From IMG/VR virus record IMGVR_UViG_3300030061_003170: 64,000 nt of DNA, one strand, 5' to 3'. Under the pieces are notes generated by a model that made no database searches, was not told the DNA's origin, and saw only the letters and a list, made by a program, of their open reading frames with translations. The first letter of the stretch is position 1, and each line of letters starts with the position of its first letter. A program made the translations under genes and the position numbers. The stretch is from a virus. Positions 27,283 to 36,900 of the stretch are shown piece by piece.

Positions 27283-27314
27283 AAAAAAACCCCCAAGGCA
27301 TAAAGCCAAGGGGG
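27283..27314 (-). terminator. Intrinsic terminator after recA
   Basis: CCCCCTTGGC-TTTAT-GCCTTGGGGG then T7. Confidence 0.75.
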
Positions 27315-27366
27315 CCAAAAGGAGGTTAATATGAATAACAACATATTATTAATCACCCGAGGATGA

Positions 27367-28482
27367 TCATTCATCAATACCAAAGTTAATACCTTCAGTA
27401 TCGAATTTCTTAATGATCTCATCGTCCATAATGTCAAAGACAGTTTGTTTGAACGAAGGATCTTGAAGTTTTGTGGTCCAATTGGCTGACCTAAACTTCG
27501 TCTCATTACCTTGCGAGTCTTTCAGATAACACCAACCGCCGCCAACTCTGTATCGGTCGGTACCAGAAGCCTTGATGGCCTCCAGCCAAGATTCTTCATC
27601 TTGTATCCTAACCTCGTCACCCCAAAGAATTTTGAAGCCACAGGTTCGACCCTCAGATCCGAATCGAGATTTCTCAATCTTGACCTTCACTTCAGAGCCT
27701 TTTCTTACACCTGACTCGTCAGTAACATATGCGGCTTTCGCCTTTCGTTTGGTGAGCCAAATTCGTAATGAGGAAAAGTATTCAATAGCCTTACCGCCGG
27801 GAGCGATGTATGGAGTTGTCATGGCCTCAGCAACATTACTGGTAATGTTTGTCTTCAACTGATTGATGAGCAACAGCGTACACTGCTGATTTGCGAGGGG
27901 AACGGTAAGTTTTGGAAAAGCACGAGCAAAAATGCGAGGCTTTACTGCCATTGAACTTTGAGGGTTGAAGTTTCCCTCTAGTTCCTTTTCAGAACTAGTT
28001 GCCGCAATAGAATCCCAAATAAACAAGAATTGGTTATCCGGATAATCTGACATTAACATTTCAATTGTTTCCAGAGTTTTCTCTACTGAGACAGCCTGAA
28101 CATACATAAAGTCATCATTTACGTTTATCCCTGCTTGCTCTAGAAACAGTGGGTCAATTGCAGACTCAGCATCAAAGTACACAACAAAGTGCCCCATCTG
28201 TTGAGCATTTGCGGCAATTTGGCAAGCCATGTAAGACTTACCGGCAGAAGATAGACCAGCGATTTCGATAATCTTGCCTACTGGAATACCAGCAAGTTTT
28301 CCTCTGCAGACGATTGAATCCAACCAACGAGAACCAGTGGGAATCCACTCGGTTACTGCTGTAGGATTATCCTCGTTAAGATCATGGGCAACATCCATGC
28401 CCACAGATTTATTGATCCTTTTTTTCATGGCTGATAGATCAATTTTTCCAGCCCTAGATGACATTTTTAGCACACTCCCCAT
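27367..28482 (-). CDS. recA: RecA/UvsX recombinase
   Basis: IPTGS, GLSSAGKS, FDAE, WDSIAA, INQL, PGGKAIEY. Confidence 0.93.
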   Translation of the reverse strand: MGSVLKMSSRAGKIDLSAMKKRINKSVGMDVAHDLNEDNPTAVTEWIPTGSRWLDSIVCRGKLAGIPVGKIIEIAGLSSAGKSYMACQIAANAQQMGHFVVYFDAESAIDPLFLEQAGINVNDDFMYVQAVSVEKTLETIEMLMSDYPDNQFLFIWDSIAATSSEKELEGNFNPQSSMAVKPRIFARAFPKLTVPLANQQCTLLLINQLKTNITSNVAEAMTTPYIAPGGKAIEYFSSLRIWLTKRKAKAAYVTDESGVRKGSEVKVKIEKSRFGSEGRTCGFKILWGDEVRIQDEESWLEAIKASGTDRYRVGGGWCYLKDSQGNETKFRSANWTTKLQDPSFKQTVFDIMDDEIIKKFDTEGINFGIDE

Positions 28483-28497
28483 TGAACCTCCCTAATG

Positions 28498-28677
28498 TTA
28501 TTCTGCTTCTTCAGTCTCTTCTGTAGTTTCTTCGGTTTCCTCTGACTCCTCTGATTCTTCAGATTCTGTCTCTTCGGTTTCCTCAGTTTCTTCAACTACT
28601 TCTTCTACTGGTTCAGCAGAATCTTCCTCTTTCTCACCACAAGCAAGAAGGGAACTTAGAATAATTACATATTTCAT
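28498..28677 (-). CDS. Small acidic lipoprotein
   Basis: MKYVIILSSLLAC-GEKEEDS then E/T-rich tail. Confidence 0.7.
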   Translation of the reverse strand: MKYVIILSSLLACGEKEEDSAEPVEEVVEETEETEETESEESEESEETEETTEETEEAE

Positions 28678-28772
28678 TTTTGTTTTTTCCTTTGTTTTAA
28701 AAAATGTGCCATCCCTTTTTTCCAACCAAGGGCGGATGGCTTTCCCTCAACACAACACAGGAGGACTATGAC

Positions 28773-29546
28773 TTAATCATCATTATTCATGAAATTCTTA
28801 AAAGCCTCGTCGATGCCCGATGTTTTCTGTGAGTACTTAGAAGTCTCTCTTGATCGACTTTCGGAGGACGAATCGGAGGACAAGTAGTCATCAAGTAGAG
28901 CCTGTACATCATCTGCATTCTTTTTATCGAATAGTGTATCGATTTCAGGAATGGAACTCAGCAGTTCAGCACAATCGGCGACTGCATCGTCACAGAGAAC
29001 GCTTGGGCGCCGACGAGGTTTAAGAGTGGTCTTCGGGAAAGAACCTGGTGTTCCTGGTACATGATAGTTGAGAACAATGTCAGTTCCGGTTTCAGGATCT
29101 GTAACGTCTCCGTAATCAGGGTCAAGAACGTAACCCAAAAGGGTTTCATAGGCAGTCTTTCCATAAGACCAAATTTTTACACCCTCAGTCTCTTTACCGC
29201 GAACAAGAATAGGTGAATAGTAACGCTTACGAACAAATAGTTTCTTTGCTTCTTGCTTCAGTGTTCCATCATCATTTTGAACACCATCACGCCAGAGTTT
29301 AGATGCGAATTCACAGATTGCGCAATCATCTCCGTCATTCTTCTTAGGACAGTAAATGCCAGGGTTTCTTCCAACATTATAGTGGAAATGAAATTCTTTG
29401 AACGGGTCGCCATCTTCTGTTGGGAGAATTCTAATTGATTGATCTCCCTCGGATGGTCTCCATTTAAAGTCATTCTTTTTGTTAGTTGATGTGCCGTTTT
29501 TAGATGCATTTAGTTTAGCACGCATCGCTTCTAGATTAATAGCCAT
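28773..29546 (-). CDS. Single-stranded DNA-binding protein (gp32-like)
   Basis: IRILP, H..CP...CAIC zinc site, KIWSYG, DPETGTDI, acidic tail. Confidence 0.85.
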   Translation of the reverse strand: MAINLEAMRAKLNASKNGTSTNKKNDFKWRPSEGDQSIRILPTEDGDPFKEFHFHYNVGRNPGIYCPKKNDGDDCAICEFASKLWRDGVQNDDGTLKQEAKKLFVRKRYYSPILVRGKETEGVKIWSYGKTAYETLLGYVLDPDYGDVTDPETGTDIVLNYHVPGTPGSFPKTTLKPRRRPSVLCDDAVADCAELLSSIPEIDTLFDKKNADDVQALLDDYLSSDSSSESRSRETSKYSQKTSGIDEAFKNFMNNDD

Positions 29547-29623
29547 GTTTGTCTCCTTATAGTTGCTATTTTTTTGTGTTTAATCACTAAGGTACGCAGG
29601 GTTTCAACCTTACGTCCATATAT

Positions 29624-29666
29624 AATATAACATATTTTGGATGTGTTGTCAAGTAAAATATGTTAT
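29624..29666 (-). promoter_or_regulatory. sigma70-type promoter in 12-bp stem-loop
   Basis: TTGACA-17-TATATT; ATAACATATTTT/AAAATATGTTAT encloses the -35. Confidence 0.75.
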
Positions 29667-29819
29667 TTAATCATCTAATTCATAGTCTGAAACATATTTG
29701 TGTCCGCCTCTACCATCTGATACTTTGTGATAGGTATCCTCACGATCCCATCCATTTTCTTCTGTTTGATGCGACTCTTTGACAGGACGACCTTTATATG
29801 TTTTTTCTTTTTTGCTCAT
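29667..29819 (-). CDS. 50-aa hypothetical protein (not in ORF track)
   Basis: MSKKEKTYKGRPVKESHQTEENGWDREDTYHKVSDGRGGHKYVSDYELDD with GGAG SD. Confidence 0.6.
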   Translation of the reverse strand: MSKKEKTYKGRPVKESHQTEENGWDREDTYHKVSDGRGGHKYVSDYELDD

Positions 29820-29881
29820 GTTATCTCCGTGGTTAAAAATTGAAGGTTTTTTGTGTGAGAAACCAGCAAAACTCGAGAACG

Positions 29882-30139
29882 TTAGCCGCGTGTAATGGTG
29901 ACTTGTCGGTGACCAGTTCGGATAGTGCCAATTTGACGATTGAAGTTAATGGTTCGGAAACCATTATTATCAACATCCCACACTAGTTCCAGACCAGGTG
30001 CCATAGTTCGTGGCTTTGCAAATGAACTAACAAATTGTTGCGGAAGATCCGAAAAACTAATGTAGTTCATAGTACGTTGGGTTCCGTCAGCCTTAGTAAA
30101 GGTTACGGTGTTTACTCGAAATTGGTTTGTAATGCTCAT
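29882..30139 (-). CDS. WYL_2/DUF2693 Sm-like beta-barrel protein
   Basis: VTFTKADGTQRTM...VWDVDNNGFRTIN. Confidence 0.8.
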   Translation of the reverse strand: MSITNQFRVNTVTFTKADGTQRTMNYISFSDLPQQFVSSFAKPRTMAPGLELVWDVDNNGFRTINFNRQIGTIRTGHRQVTITRG

Positions 30140-30191
30140 TGTTGACTCCTTTGTTTGTTAATGAGTGTTGCGTGATTTGAATCACATTTAT

Positions 30192-30220
30192 AATGTAACA
30201 TGTTTACTTGTTGTTGTCAA
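30192..30220 (-). promoter_or_regulatory. sigma70-type promoter
   Basis: TTGACA-17-TACATT. Confidence 0.7.
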
Positions 30221-30230
30221 GGATTTTTTT

Positions 30231-31037
30231 TTACTTTTCTTGTAAAAAGTGAGTGAAGTGCTTCACATAAAAATGAGTATCATGTGGAGTTTCATACACT
30301 GCGAACGATGTTTCTCTTTCTAACTCTTTGTTGACATAGGCCATCTCTTTGATGGTAGGAATTAGTTCATCATTAGTTTCTAGATCATCATTGCTCACAT
30401 TTATAATGTAACACGTCTCTGTAATGTTGTCAAGCGGAAAGAATAACTTTTCTTTATTTTCTCCAAGAAATCCCATACCAAGTGTCGTGATTCTCGAAAC
30501 TTCTCTCGGCGTATGATGTTCTCCAAATATTGGCTCAACATTTTTACAGAAGTTATTCATGTGTATGGCTGAATAGTAATAGTGGTTTGCTTTGTCATAA
30601 TAATCCTTAATTGAACCGTGACCAAAGTTTTCCAATGTTAGTTCGTTATCAAACATAATCATTTCATCAATCATACCAGACCGTGTAAATTCTTGCAGAA
30701 CATTAAAGTGTACTCGGTTTCTTTTCTTGGCATCCGAAGATAGATAATCCAACTCGGCAGTTATGTAACAAACAGTCGTTCTAAGGCTCTTGAGAGGCTC
30801 TAAAACGCGCAGAATAGCACCAGACACCTTACCACTACCGCAAGTAATTACAAGGGCCTCAGAGTGCTTTTTCAGCCATGTTTTGGGTGGGCTATATTCT
30901 ATCTCGTCATATTCTTCAACTGTATTGCATTTCTTAATACCTTTACCCTCGTCCAAAAGAACAACTTGGTATGTCTTGTGTTGCTTGAAGAGTTTTGCAA
31001 CAGCACAGCCGGCTTTACCCAGTCCGATAATTACCAT
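30231..31037 (-). CDS. Divergent tubulin/FtsZ (PhuZ/TubZ-like) protein
   Basis: IIGLGKAGCAVA T1 loop, CGSGKVSG at the GGGTGSG position, MFDNE. Confidence 0.65.
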   Translation of the reverse strand: MVIIGLGKAGCAVAKLFKQHKTYQVVLLDEGKGIKKCNTVEEYDEIEYSPPKTWLKKHSEALVITCGSGKVSGAILRVLEPLKSLRTTVCYITAELDYLSSDAKKRNRVHFNVLQEFTRSGMIDEMIMFDNELTLENFGHGSIKDYYDKANHYYYSAIHMNNFCKNVEPIFGEHHTPREVSRITTLGMGFLGENKEKLFFPLDNITETCYIINVSNDDLETNDELIPTIKEMAYVNKELERETSFAVYETPHDTHFYVKHFTHFLQEK

Positions 31038-31498
31038 TATGTTTCCTCCGTCAACTTCTGGTAACGCTCTACCAACCTCTTCACTCCCGTTGGGTTCCAC
31101 TTTGCCTTTCCTCGTGGAGTGGGGATTTTAGCAGCCATCAAGCATTGGGCAATCTTTGGGAGTGATTTTCCTTGGCTGCGTAGTAAGGCAGCATACTCAC
31201 CGTGCTTCATCGCGTGTCTATTTGCTGCTTCTATCTTTCCTCTCACCAAGTCAGCAGGTGCGGATGGGTCTTTTGATCTGCCCCATCGAGCACGGAGGCT
31301 TGGGTCTCTTTCAAATGCCCTCTTTACTCCCTCTCTAGTCAAACGTCTATGTTCAAGACCTTTTGAGTCTCTTCCATGTGCTCTACAATGACACGAGTAA
31401 CACAAAGGAATTGTTTTTGTTCCTCCGCGACTTCTTGGGACAACGTGATGCTCGTTAAGATCTTCTGTTGTTCCGCATTCAAAACATTGCTTTACCAT
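31037..31498 (-). mobile_element. Free-standing HNH endonuclease fused to recombinase-type DNA-binding domain
   Basis: CFEC...HHVVPRSRGG...CYSCHCRAH; IAQCL..IPTPRGKAKWNPTGVKRL; 8-bp direct repeats at the ends. Confidence 0.8.
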
Positions 31499-32679
31499 TG
31501 TAGTTTCTCCATGTTACCTAAATCTCTTCCGATGTGAACAGAGGACATAAAATGTCCGAGTTTTGTGTCCTCAAAGATTTCTTTCAACTGAGGGATGATT
31601 TGGCGGTCTTCAAAGGACAAATCAACAATAACGCAGTCGTGAACCGTAAAGGCTACGTGTGATTTGGTGCCGATAAGGAACTTGTTTATCTTATTTACGC
31701 GATCCATGCAGTTATCACTCGAAGTTGATTGCAATAGATAGTTGAGAGCATGAAACTCCCCACACTCTATTTCTCTACCCATGGGTGTGTGTATACTTCC
31801 TTCTCTATAATACTCTCCAAGAACTTTTTCTCGACTGTAGAAATCTGATTGAATGGCTTTTGATCCTCTGTTATAGAGCCAAGCAAAGAAACGAGTTTTA
31901 GCCTCTTCTCTAGTGGCCCCTTTAAATATTTCTTTTTGGTTGAACTCATGTATGTCTCCTTTAGGTTGTTCTTGTCCCGATAACGAGATTAAGGTGCGAA
32001 TTTCGGCAGCATTGAAATCCAACTCGATAAACACATCATTTGTTGGTCTCACAATGTCTTTTAGTTCCGTTTTTACGTTCATTATTGGAAATGAACCCGG
32101 CTTGGTTGTCAATCGGCCTGTAACCGAGCCAAATAAGTCATAATTTACATAAATATCTTGTTGTTCTCCAAAGTTTTTCCAAAGGGTGCGTGCCTTGAAG
32201 TCTGTGTTCTTGTAGTTGTACAATTTATGCTTATTTATGTTAAGTTTTCTTGACGAAATGTCTTGTATTGTTTCGTAAGTATCATGAAGATGCCGATAGT
32301 TACTTGGCTTCTCGCTATTTTCCATAATCCACTCACAAATCTCATTCCGGCATTCATAATAATGCTGAAGATGCTTGTCGGGAACTAAATCATAAAAGCA
32401 AACATCGGACAAGTTAACTGATGCCTTACGGAATGAGTTAAAATGAGCCTTGATGCGCTTTTCTGATGTTTCATAACGATATTTTAAGTGTTCTGGGCAG
32501 ATTTCGCTTAAATTCTTGCCCTGCACCCACAAATAAAAATATGTAATGTCTTTTTGACTGAGTTTTTCATTGTAATTCCAAGTATGTGATAGTTGTTTAG
32601 GTAGTTTGTCATAATAAAAATTACCATTAGCGTAAACTGCAAAGCATTCACGCTTGTCGTCCATGACCTGAAAGATCAT
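31492..32679 (-). CDS. Minimal family A DNA polymerase-like protein
   Basis: TGRLTT, LDFNAAEIR (motif A), REEAKTRFFAWLY (B), ALNYLLQ, VHDC (C). Confidence 0.85.
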   Translation of the reverse strand: MIFQVMDDKRECFAVYANGNFYYDKLPKQLSHTWNYNEKLSQKDITYFYLWVQGKNLSEICPEHLKYRYETSEKRIKAHFNSFRKASVNLSDVCFYDLVPDKHLQHYYECRNEICEWIMENSEKPSNYRHLHDTYETIQDISSRKLNINKHKLYNYKNTDFKARTLWKNFGEQQDIYVNYDLFGSVTGRLTTKPGSFPIMNVKTELKDIVRPTNDVFIELDFNAAEIRTLISLSGQEQPKGDIHEFNQKEIFKGATREEAKTRFFAWLYNRGSKAIQSDFYSREKVLGEYYREGSIHTPMGREIECGEFHALNYLLQSTSSDNCMDRVNKINKFLIGTKSHVAFTVHDCVIVDLSFEDRQIIPQLKEIFEDTKLGHFMSSVHIGRDLGNMEKLQW

Positions 32680-32708
32680 TGTGCCTCCAAAATTTCATCG
32701 TCAGTTAC

Positions 32709-32736
32709 ATTATAACACGTTATGAACGTCTGTCAA
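32709..32736 (-). promoter_or_regulatory. sigma70-type promoter
   Basis: TTGACA-16-TATAAT with CGTGT. Confidence 0.75.
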
Positions 32737-33919
32737 GTCTTTTCTCAAACTTTTTTCGATAATAATTTAAACTTCCATCTTTCTGATTGTAATTTGCCCT
32801 AAACTGATCATCAATGTATCTCATTGCTTTTTCATTGTCAACTTTTAATATTCTAATTGCATTATTCTTTATGACATTTAGTCTACTATCATTGAATGGT
32901 TTTCTTTCTTCTATATTTCTTAAATCTATATATAATTTATATAATATATTATTATTAATATTATTAATAGGGGTTCTTCTCCGGAATGTCGCCCTGGTTT
33001 TGTCAGAACAAGTTTGCAAAATCTTTTTTCTTGGATTTAAGTTGACAAATGAGTTGTAATTTGTTATAATTAAATTTGATAAAAGATTTATGTCATTGTT
33101 ATAAGCAAAATCATATTGATCAGTAAATACTGAATCGATAGTTGGTAAGTTGTATTTAGATCTGTAGTTCTTTGTGACGGGACTTGCAAGATCTGAAATA
33201 ATAATGCTAGGTGCGCGTTTACTGACACTAAAACCGTACTGTTTGGCCAAATTAAGATAATAGTCAAAAGCAGGATTTGTCAAGAAAAATTCTTCTTTCA
33301 ATTCATCGTCACCAATAGGCAAATCTGCAATGTCAATACACAACCCGGAGGAAAAATTGGAAGATCTATAAGACCGTTGAAAACCGGATAACGTTAACGG
33401 AAATGTATCTCGTATTTTTCCCATATACTCGACGAGATAGTGAATGTAGTCTTGAATATTAAAGACACGTCCCATATATTGCTGTAAGTAAGTTGAATTA
33501 AAAGTAGACATGCTCTCTGCCACAAACGAACTATAATTTGGCAGGGTGTCTTCGTATGTCCTGACTGCTCTTACTGCTGAAAGATAAGGATCATTAACAG
33601 GGAGCAACCCTAATCTACATGCTCTAATGAAATGATTTTCAAAGTCTCTAAACTGCTCTGCAACAAAATTCATTACAAGTTTTGTTCCTTGAGATTCATT
33701 TGTAATTTTTAATGGTACAAGGAACTCTTTTTTTGCTATAACCGGTGTTAATTCTCTATTAACTTTTCCGTAAAGAGTCTTCTCGGCAAAATTAAAATCA
33801 ACAACCTGTTCTGGTCCTAGTCCGCCGTTCTGAGGGAATGCCTCACGGTTGTATTTTGAACGTTCAACAGCAAGGGCTGAGATTGACTCTAAGTCGTTTT
33901 TTCCTTTAAATCTGCTCAT
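32720..33919 (-). CDS. Hypothetical virion/baseplate-associated protein
   Basis: 399-aa ORF at the end of the baseplate operon. Confidence 0.55.
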   Translation of the reverse strand: MSRFKGKNDLESISALAVERSKYNREAFPQNGGLGPEQVVDFNFAEKTLYGKVNRELTPVIAKKEFLVPLKITNESQGTKLVMNFVAEQFRDFENHFIRACRLGLLPVNDPYLSAVRAVRTYEDTLPNYSSFVAESMSTFNSTYLQQYMGRVFNIQDYIHYLVEYMGKIRDTFPLTLSGFQRSYRSSNFSSGLCIDIADLPIGDDELKEEFFLTNPAFDYYLNLAKQYGFSVSKRAPSIIISDLASPVTKNYRSKYNLPTIDSVFTDQYDFAYNNDINLLSNLIITNYNSFVNLNPRKKILQTCSDKTRATFRRRTPINNINNNILYKLYIDLRNIEERKPFNDSRLNVIKNNAIRILKVDNEKAMRYIDDQFRANYNQKDGSLNYYRKKFEKRLDRRS

Positions 33920-36900
33920 GGCGTACTACTCCCAGGATTATCAGGGTCACTTTCTTGTCCATAAAGTGAATCCAATTCAGCATCTATTGCATCACTAGCG
34001 TTACTTGACACTCGATTTGAAGTCTCCATGGTGTCACTGATGTTTGAAAGATAATAAGGGCTTTGATTTTGTTCAACCAAGTTAAGGTCTGACTCTACTG
34101 CTATAATAACATTCTCGCACTCAACAGAGTTTTTGGTATTGGCGCGACCTTTTGCTTTACTTATAGAAGGAACATTTTGTCCATTAGGGGCGCCATTACT
34201 GACATATGAGGTACTGCCATCCCCGGCATAATACATTTGAGCCTCAATAGTAGTTTTGAAACCACTAACCCCAATTGAAGATTTAACACTTGTTACAGTA
34301 TGGTATCCGCCTATCCCCAGTTTATTCGCCAGAGATCGCTCTCCGCCGGGCGCAAAGGGTCCCTGGGTAGGGGACCCCAGTTTATCCCCACCAATACCAT
34401 AAGGGTTAAGATACAAATCCATTCCTGGGTAAAAAATTGTATTACCAAACATCTCAATTGTCACCTTATAAACAGTTGATAACTGAAGTAAGCCATCGAT
34501 TCCTTGCTGAAAGAACCTGGCTTCACGAACAAACTGCATATCTGTTTTGGCAAAATTAACTGATTTTACAATCCCTTTGTTGTTTCCAATTTCAATATGG
34601 TACATCCCATTCTTGTTATCTGCTGCGTATTTTCCGTTACCGTTAGTAGACAAAGAACTACCAAGAACACCAAGATATATATAATTATGATAATTTGAAA
34701 TATCTTTAACCTCGGAAACAGTGTCTCCTTTAAAAGGAAAAATACGCCCACCAGAGGACCCAGATGTATTAGTTCTGTGTGATTGAATTTGAATTACAGG
34801 TTGCTGAGATTTGTTGTCAAAAACTTTTCTTAAAGGGTCTCTAGAATTTTTTCCGGATGCGCCTTCATTATATGCTGTGATTTGCCCGGTTTGAAAACTA
34901 TAGTTTTTATCAAGTCTTCTGTTAACACAACTTTCAAGTAAAGACTGCTGCAACAGGTTGCTTGATAGGTTCCTAATAAATGTTATGATGGGAAATGTTT
35001 TTCTAGTACTACCCTTTTTAATTACATTGTTTGTAAACCAATCTGCAAAATATTCAACAGATATAGGTATTTGAGCAATATTAATTGTATGATTTAACCC
35101 AGAAGCATCTTTATATACGTCAAAGTCAAAACTGCCCAAAATAAAACGACAGTTTTCAACTTCTTCTCTTAAAACGGTTGGGTCCTCTTTTTTGTACATT
35201 GTGTCAAGGATCGTATGAAGTAGATCTCCGAAGTAAAAATATTGAATTGTATTATCATTGGGGGAATTATAGTTATAACCATCTGGTAAAGCAACTTGGT
35301 TTAATATAATTTCTGTTTTCTCTTCCTGAAGAGTGTCCCCTTGTTGAATAGCATCCTCTTGTGTTACATCTTCAGTTTTTGTTTTAAGTCCTGTTAGTAC
35401 AGGCTTATCTTTAAAGAAACCTAGGGTTCTATAACTACTTGCTTGTTCACTGCTGATCTCACAAACAAAAATTTTCTCCCTGTCTAACAATCTTTTGATA
35501 ATTGATTGTAATGATTTCTCTCTAAAAATTTGTTGCTGAGCATCAAGTGCCGAACGATATCTTTGAAGTTCTTCTTGTGTGCAATTTCTCTTGTTAACAA
35601 TATCAATAAAATTTTTAAAAATTTGTTTTCTATTCTCAACTATTTCTGGGGTTGCTAAGGCATCATATTGATGTGTCTTTAATATTGTCTCTACATAAGC
35701 GCCATAAGTAATGTTAAGATTCACGGTGCCATCAACGTTTATCTGGAAGTCATGGTCAATCATACAAAGATAAAATGATTTATTGGTTCTTACGAGAGAC
35801 TCCACTAATTGCTCTGCCTTGTTATACCACGGGAACATGACTTCTAAGTCAGACTTTTTTGGTATATGATAGCCAACCTCAGCCATAATTCTATAGTATG
35901 ATGGACTATACTGGTTTCTGTGTATTATTTCTTTTTCATCTTTAGGAGGGTGCAAGATAAGATCCACAAATCTGTATTTTTCGCCATTATATCCAATCCT
36001 TTCTGCGACAAAATCACCAAATGATTGAAAATGCAATTGTAGTGTCGCTTTGATGTCCTTTCGTGACTCAGCAGGGTTGGTTCCATTAAATTCAAAAGAA
36101 AAATTCTTAAGACCGACACCCGAACCTTTATCAAATTGAGAATCAAAAAAGTTTATAGTTTTTTCAAAGTTTCTTTCACGATTCAAATCCTCCGAGGTTT
36201 CAAACACAAACTCTGTTTTTACTGCTTTTTTCTCGTCATTCTGTACCCTAAATAATTTGATTTTTGGAACCAAAGAAGACAACACAGAAGGCGGAATATT
36301 AAACAACTCTTTTGCAACATCAGAGTTTAACATTTTACTTAAAGTGGCCGATTGATTATCAGGGTTTGATACCATGTAAAGTCTTCCATCAAACGGAACA
36401 TTATTGAACTTCCTAGAAAAGGTTTGGCAAGTAACTGAGCCTCTAGATTGCGCACTTTGAGCAGCCATTGTTTTTTGTATTCTATTTTTAATAATTTTTT
36501 GATAAGATTTTGCAAGTTGTGGCAAGTTCATCATTAAAGCGCATTGCTTAAAAAATCTTTGTCGGTTCTTTATATCTTCTTCAGTTAGTTCTTTCTCGCC
36601 CTCTTCACCCAACGGAGAGCCAGATAATTCCCCCAAGGCTTTCTTTTCTATATCATCAAGGGTTTTTTGAAAACCTTCAGAATCCGGATCTGGAAATTCA
36701 TCAAAATCCCTTCTATCTTCAACTAGTTGTTCTCTTCTGGCATTTTCAATAAACCTTGCAACAATTGAATAAAGACCTGAGTCTAATAAATCTATCAACT
36801 CTCCATCCATAACCATGTTAGAATTAACAGAGATGTCTATTGTTTCTTCAAATTTTTCCAACAAAGAACTATCATTTGGTTCTTCAAAGATGTTTTCACT

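Noticed and set aside
27320-27366. Plus-strand GGAGG-ATG mini-ORF (MNNNILLITRG)
   Set aside because: No plus-strand promoter evident; treated instead as a minus-strand anti-SD feature
8013-28482. Inteins or introns in dnaE, nrdJ, helicase or recA
   Set aside because: Reading frames are continuous with ordinary lengths and no splicing motifs seen
30231-31037. Nucleus-forming (chimallin) jumbo phage interpretation
   Set aside because: Structural and replication genes are T4-like/DnaE-type; no shell protein or multisubunit RNAP is recognisable in the window
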